Below are positions 27,991 through 31,879 of a stretch of 31,879 nucleotides of DNA, piece by piece. Below the pieces are notes generated by a model. The model was not told the DNA's origin. It did no database searches and worked only from the letters and a program-made list of their open reading frames with translations. The stretch covers positions 1 through 31,879 of the forward strand of contig JAEOSZ010000060.1 of the NCBI GenBank assembly GCA_016840095.1, in the 5' to 3' direction. The stretch comes from Candidatus Heimdallarchaeota archaeon. Its GTDB lineage: Archaea > Asgardarchaeota > Heimdallarchaeia > Heimdallarchaeales > Heimdallarchaeaceae. The stretch's first letter is position 1, and every line of letters begins with the position of its first letter. A program made the position numbers and the translations under genes.

Positions 27991-28947
27991 ATGAAAAGAA
28001 AAAATATTATTTTAGCTTTAGCTGTTTTGGGATTGTTTATAACTTCAATATATGTTGCGGACGTAACTAAAGCAGTTTTAGCAACTGATCAACTAGATCT
28101 AATCGTTGGTACTTATACTAAAGGAAAATTATTGTACACGAATAGTACAGTTACTGACTATCTGGTAAGCAATATAGACGTAACAGTTGAAGATACTTTT
28201 GTTACCTCTGACACAGCTGATAGCATATTTTTAGTTAGAGTAGCTTATGAAAGAGTAGCCTTTGATACTGCTCTTGTTGATTTTGGAGAATATACGAAAC
28301 TTGAAAGCCTACATACAATAGCCAAAGTTAACAGAACCGATCTTCCATGTGGTGAACTATACATTGGTAATTCTACATTTGGAGCAAGAATGAGTACTTT
28401 ACATAATACTACAGCCTACGGATTATATCAAACTGATAATGTGAAAGTAACCTTTGATAATGGAACAGAGTATATCTTTGGTGATATTGTTTCTCCGGCC
28501 CTTGAAGCTGAAGTAGGACAATATGTTTTAGCATGGCTCTTGTTTAATGCTTTAGCAGATATAACTTGGCAATGGACTTTCTTAGCAATAACTAATACAG
28601 CAAATGTAGCTGATGATATAAGCTATGATCCAGCATATGGTACAGTTATTGATAAACCAGCATTGATTACTTCTGCAGGTAAGTCATATGATACAATACA
28701 TGTTGAATATGCTGTTCCAACTTATGGATTCGGGCTTTATACAACAACTTCATTAGATGTGTTTTATGATGCAAGAACAGGATTAATACTAAAATCAATA
28801 GAGACTTTTGGTTCAGAAAAAGCTGAATTCATACCTGTTGAAGTTAAAAATGTGAAAGGAATTCCATTCTCAACAACAGCTATTGTTGCAGCCTTAACTG
28901 TACTAAGTACACTGGCTCTGATTGTTAGAAAAAGAAAGACTAAGTAG
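27991..28947 (+). CDS. Surface protein family, copy 2, 318 aa
   Basis: TDQLDL..GTYTKGK, NRT, GKSYDTIHV, FYDARTG, then GIPFS, TM and RKRKTK. Confidence 0.85.
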   Translation: MKRKNIILALAVLGLFITSIYVADVTKAVLATDQLDLIVGTYTKGKLLYTNSTVTDYLVSNIDVTVEDTFVTSDTADSIFLVRVAYERVAFDTALVDFGEYTKLESLHTIAKVNRTDLPCGELYIGNSTFGARMSTLHNTTAYGLYQTDNVKVTFDNGTEYIFGDIVSPALEAEVGQYVLAWLLFNALADITWQWTFLAITNTANVADDISYDPAYGTVIDKPALITSAGKSYDTIHVEYAVPTYGFGLYTTTSLDVFYDARTGLILKSIETFGSEKAEFIPVEVKNVKGIPFSTTAIVAALTVLSTLALIVRKRKTK

Positions 28948-29008
28948 TCTTCTTCTTATTTTTTTTTACGAAACACTCTTTAAATTGAAAACCATATATT
29001 ATTTTACT

Positions 29009-29965
29009 ATGAATAGAAAAACAGTTTTTTTTTCCTTTGTTTTGATGAGTGTTTTAATGACTTCTATTATAACTTCAGACCTCACAAAGGGAATTATTGT
29101 TTCTGACCAATTAGAAATTTCAGCTGGAGCTTATACAGAAGGTAAAGTTCTTTATACAAACTCAACATTAACCGATTATCTTATCTCTTATGCTACAATC
29201 ATAGCTGACAGAATTTTTACTCCTACTGACATTTCAGATAAAATAATACAATTCACTCTAGATCTCTATGATAAAGACAAAATATATACTATGATAGGAT
29301 ATTTCGAAAATGAAAATCATGTTAAATTCTCTACATATGTATTTTATGACAACAGAACCACTTTGATGATGCCTAGATTCTTCATGGGTAATGATACATA
29401 TTCAGTTGAGATATCAGTACTTGATCAAACAGCTTTTGCTGAAATGCAAAATGTGAACAATACAAAAATTACCTACAACAATGGAACATCTTACATCTTT
29501 GGAAATGTACTTCAAACAGATGCTATCTATCCAGAAATTAGTTACTATATAGGTCTAATGTCAGATTATAGTGGCTACTATGCATCAGTAATCTATCAAT
29601 GGACATTATTCGGAATATCTCCAACAGCAAACATAGGTGATAATGTAAACGCTTACAATACTTTGGGAGATGTAATAAGTAAACCTTCAGTAACAACTAC
29701 AAATGATAAATCCTATGATTCCATTTTAGTGAGATATTACGATAACTTCATGTTTGGTTTTGGTTCTGCTGATGTAGACATTTACTATGAAGCAGCTTCA
29801 GGTTTTCCACTTAGAGTTGTAGAAACATTTCCAAGTTCTGAGGTTGTTGAATTTGTACCTGGTGAATTTAAGTCAAGTTCTGGAATACCCTTCTCTTCTA
29901 TTGGAGTAGTTTTAGGATTAGGAACAATTGGTTTAGTTGTATACATTTTACGTAGAAGGAAATAA
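29009..29965 (+). CDS. Surface protein family, copy 3, 318 aa
   Basis: The true start is the ATG at 29009 (MNRKTVFF), judged by alignment with paralogs. VFYDNRTT, YYEAASG, then GIPFS, TM and RRRK. Confidence 0.85.
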   Translation: MNRKTVFFSFVLMSVLMTSIITSDLTKGIIVSDQLEISAGAYTEGKVLYTNSTLTDYLISYATIIADRIFTPTDISDKIIQFTLDLYDKDKIYTMIGYFENENHVKFSTYVFYDNRTTLMMPRFFMGNDTYSVEISVLDQTAFAEMQNVNNTKITYNNGTSYIFGNVLQTDAIYPEISYYIGLMSDYSGYYASVIYQWTLFGISPTANIGDNVNAYNTLGDVISKPSVTTTNDKSYDSILVRYYDNFMFGFGSADVDIYYEAASGFPLRVVETFPSSEVVEFVPGEFKSSSGIPFSSIGVVLGLGTIGLVVYILRRRK

Positions 29966-30013
29966 TCCTTCTTCTTTTTTATTTTTTAGCCTAAGTCCAA
30001 GGGTACATGCAAA

Positions 30014-30060
30014 ACATTCTTTTATAGGAAATTCATTATATTCTATTACAATGAATAGAA
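30014..30060 (+). promoter_or_regulatory. Duplicated promoter (TATA-like) upstream of surface protein copy 4
   Basis: acattcttttataggaaattcattatattctattacaATGAATAGAA is nearly identical to 31059-31105. TTTTATA sits about 25-30 nt before the ATG and there is no RBS, so the transcript is probably leaderless. Confidence 0.65.
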
Positions 30061-31004
30061 AAAAAACTGTTTTCTCATTCCTTCTTGTGGGGTTCATGGT
30101 TATTTCTCTTTTAACAGCTAATCTAACAAGTGGGATAATAGTTACTGATCAGTTAGAAATTCCTAATGGAACATATACCGAAGGAAAGCTTCTCTATACT
30201 GATGGAGTAAGTACATTTGACCTCTTATTGGGTTATGCAACAATTAAAGTTGATAGAATTTTCACTTTCACAGATATTCCTGACAAAGTAATGCAAGTAA
30301 CATTGGCAATTGAAAGAGTAGATCCAATCTATGAACACATAGATTACCTAATAAACGAGACCAATGATGAAATGACTTTTTATGTCTTCTACGATAACAG
30401 AACAACATTTCATATGCCTAGATTATATTTTGCTAATGATACTGAATCAATAGAATATTCACTTCTTGCTGAGACAACTTATGAAGGTTTGATGAATTTC
30501 AATAATACTATAATTTCTTGGAAAAATGGCACATCTTATGAATTAGGAGATCCTTCCAATCCAATTCAAGTTTACTTTACTTTGGGTTGTATGATAGGTG
30601 CATTTACATCTTATGGAAGTTACTTCTTATCATTGTTTTCTTGGACAATTTTTGGTATCTCTCCAGCAGCTAATATTGGTGATGATATCAATTATGAAGG
30701 TACCTACGGTGAAGTAATTGGGAAGCCAGCAGTAATAGCTACTAATGGTAAGTCATATGACTCTATACAAGTAAGATACTATTTTACAGCTGTAATGGGA
30801 TTCTGGGTAGCTGAAGTAGACGTATATTATGAAGCAGCAACTGGATTTCCATTAAGAATAATGGAAAAAGTTAGTTCAGAACATGTAGAATTTGTTCCAG
30901 GAGAATTCAAAAGTGGATCAGGTATACCATTCTCAACTACAGGAGTAATACTAGGTCTAGTATCTTTTGGTTTGATAACCATTCTACGCAAAAAGAAGAA
31001 ATAA
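30051..31004 (+). CDS. Surface protein family, copy 4, 317 aa
   Basis: The true start is the ATG at 30051 (MNRKKTVF). VFYDNRTT, YYEAATG, then GIPFS, TM and RKKKK. Confidence 0.85.
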   Translation: MNRKKTVFSFLLVGFMVISLLTANLTSGIIVTDQLEIPNGTYTEGKLLYTDGVSTFDLLLGYATIKVDRIFTFTDIPDKVMQVTLAIERVDPIYEHIDYLINETNDEMTFYVFYDNRTTFHMPRLYFANDTESIEYSLLAETTYEGLMNFNNTIISWKNGTSYELGDPSNPIQVYFTLGCMIGAFTSYGSYFLSLFSWTIFGISPAANIGDDINYEGTYGEVIGKPAVIATNGKSYDSIQVRYYFTAVMGFWVAEVDVYYEAATGFPLRIMEKVSSEHVEFVPGEFKSGSGIPFSTTGVILGLVSFGLITILRKKKK

Positions 31005-31058
31005 TCTTCTTCTCTTTTTCTTTTGTATATCAACTCTAAGCTCTGTATTACTTTCAAT

Positions 31059-31105
31059 ACATTCTTTTATATGAAATTCATTATATCTTATTACAATGAA
31101 TAGAA
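31059..31105 (+). promoter_or_regulatory. Duplicated promoter (TATA-like) upstream of surface protein copy 5
   Basis: acattcttttatatgaaattcattatatcttattacaATGAATAGAA matches 30014-30060, with a weaker match upstream of 29009. Confidence 0.65.
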
Positions 31106-31879
31106 TAACAAAATTTTCAATAGTATTATTGAGCATTTTGATGAGCTCGATAATAATTGCAGACCTTTCGAAAGGGGTCTTGATTTCTGATCAACTTGAA
31201 ATCAATAATGGAAGTTATGTTGAAGGAAAAATCTTCTATAGTGATGCTATGGTAACTGATGATCTTTTTTCTTATGCAACCATTAAAGTAGATGATATTT
31301 TTACAACCACAGATACTTCTGAGAAACTAATTCAAATCAACATACTTCATGAAGTACAACCTGACTACATGGGTTTCTATTTTGGCTATTTGATTAACAG
31401 TTCTAAGGTTGAGATGACACATCTGGTTTTTTATGATAACCGAACAACATTTCTAGCATTTGGTAGATTATATGTAGAAAATGGAACAGATAGTCTAGAA
31501 ATAACAAATTTAGGTTATACAAAGATTTCAGAGTTCTCAGATATCAATAATACTAAAGTTACAGTTACAAATGGTACTTCATACACTTTGGGAAGTATGA
31601 CTATAGATCAGTACGTGTATTTTTTGCCTTACTTAAATGACTACTTTGGCTGGCAAAGCTTTTTAGCTGTAGAATATGAATGGACTCTTCTTGGTATCTC
31701 ACCAATTGCTAATGTTGGAGATACTGTGAATTACAATAAATTTAAAGGAGATGTTGTTGGGAAGCCTGCGGTTACAACATCTACAGGAGAATCTTATGAT
31801 ACAATCCATGTAAAATACACTGATACAAGCTTGCTTGGTTGGAACGATTTCATTGATGTTGATGCTTATTATGAGATAG
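31096..31879 (+). CDS. Surface protein family, copy 5, truncated by the window edge
   Basis: Hand-translated from the ATG at 31096: MNRITKFSIVLLSILMSSIIIADLSKGVLISDQLEINNGSYVEGK...VFYDNRTT...WTLLGISPIANVGD...GESYDTIHV...DAYYE. The frame is open to the window end. Confidence 0.88.
   Translation, partial: MNRITKFSIVLLSILMSSIIIADLSKGVLISDQLEINNGSYVEGKIFYSDAMVTDDLFSYATIKVDDIFTTTDTSEKLIQINILHEVQPDYMGFYFGYLINSSKVEMTHLVFYDNRTTFLAFGRLYVENGTDSLEITNLGYTKISEFSDINNTKVTVTNGTSYTLGSMTIDQYVYFLPYLNDYFGWQSFLAVEYEWTLLGISPIANVGDTVNYNKFKGDVVGKPAVTTSTGESYDTIHVKYTDTSLLGWNDFIDVDAYYEI

Noticed and set aside
28922-30050. Extended starts at 28922 and 29937 for surface protein copies 3 and 4
   Set aside because: They overlap upstream genes and terminators. 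Paralog alignment puts the starts at 29009 and 30051.
3223-31057. Short antisense or nested ORFs in the track (e.g. 3223-3408, 4197-4430, 6491-7012, 8767-9069, 12169-12624, 14601-14795, 17770-17994, 22966-23229, 23950-24252, 30827-31057)
   Set aside because: They are shadows of well-supported genes, with no recognisable motifs and composition typical of antisense frames.
1-31879. CRISPR arrays, tRNA/rRNA genes, IS elements, integrases, DGR-type template repeats for the paralog arrays
   Set aside because: By eye I saw no regularly spaced repeats, cloverleaf or rRNA-like GC-rich segments, transposase or reverse transcriptase ORFs, or adenine-specific near-identical repeat pairs. No computational scan was run.

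Overview
This is an AT-rich, gene-dense prokaryotic window with archaeal-style signals: GGTGA/AGGTG ribosome-binding motifs, TATA-like boxes about 25-30 nt upstream of start codons, and oligo-T terminators. Gene content (kynureninase, many N-glycosylation-sequon-rich surface proteins with C-terminal TM plus basic tails, a wHTH-membrane protein) suggests an Asgard archaeon, probably Heimdallarchaeia-like. That assignment is inference. From left to right the window holds: a truncated ABC ATPase; kynU; a decayed copy of the promoter and 5' end of the neighbouring SBP gene; a circularly permuted family-5 ABC substrate-binding protein; a five-gene minus-strand cluster; a double-length UvrA; MFS, pirin and GNAT genes; a secreted anchored protein divergent from a wHTH-membrane regulator and a DUF4382-like protein; a LigB-like dioxygenase, a SagB/ThcOx nitroreductase and a CPBP protease; four paralogous MobA-like NTP transferases interrupted by a 7-TM protein; and a tandem array of at least five paralogous ~318-aa surface proteins. 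The best candidate for a new system is the five-gene cluster at 4440-8379. It has three paralogous 3-TM membrane proteins ending in a conserved x-[KML]-Y-[GN]-V tail, a radical SAM/SPASM enzyme resembling tyramine-excising 'splicease' maturases (PlpX / Y_X(10)_GDL-associated type), and a methyltransferase-TPR protein. This looks like a putative archaeal RiPP-like backbone modification system acting on integral membrane proteins. No rRNA, tRNA, CRISPR array or transposase was recognised.
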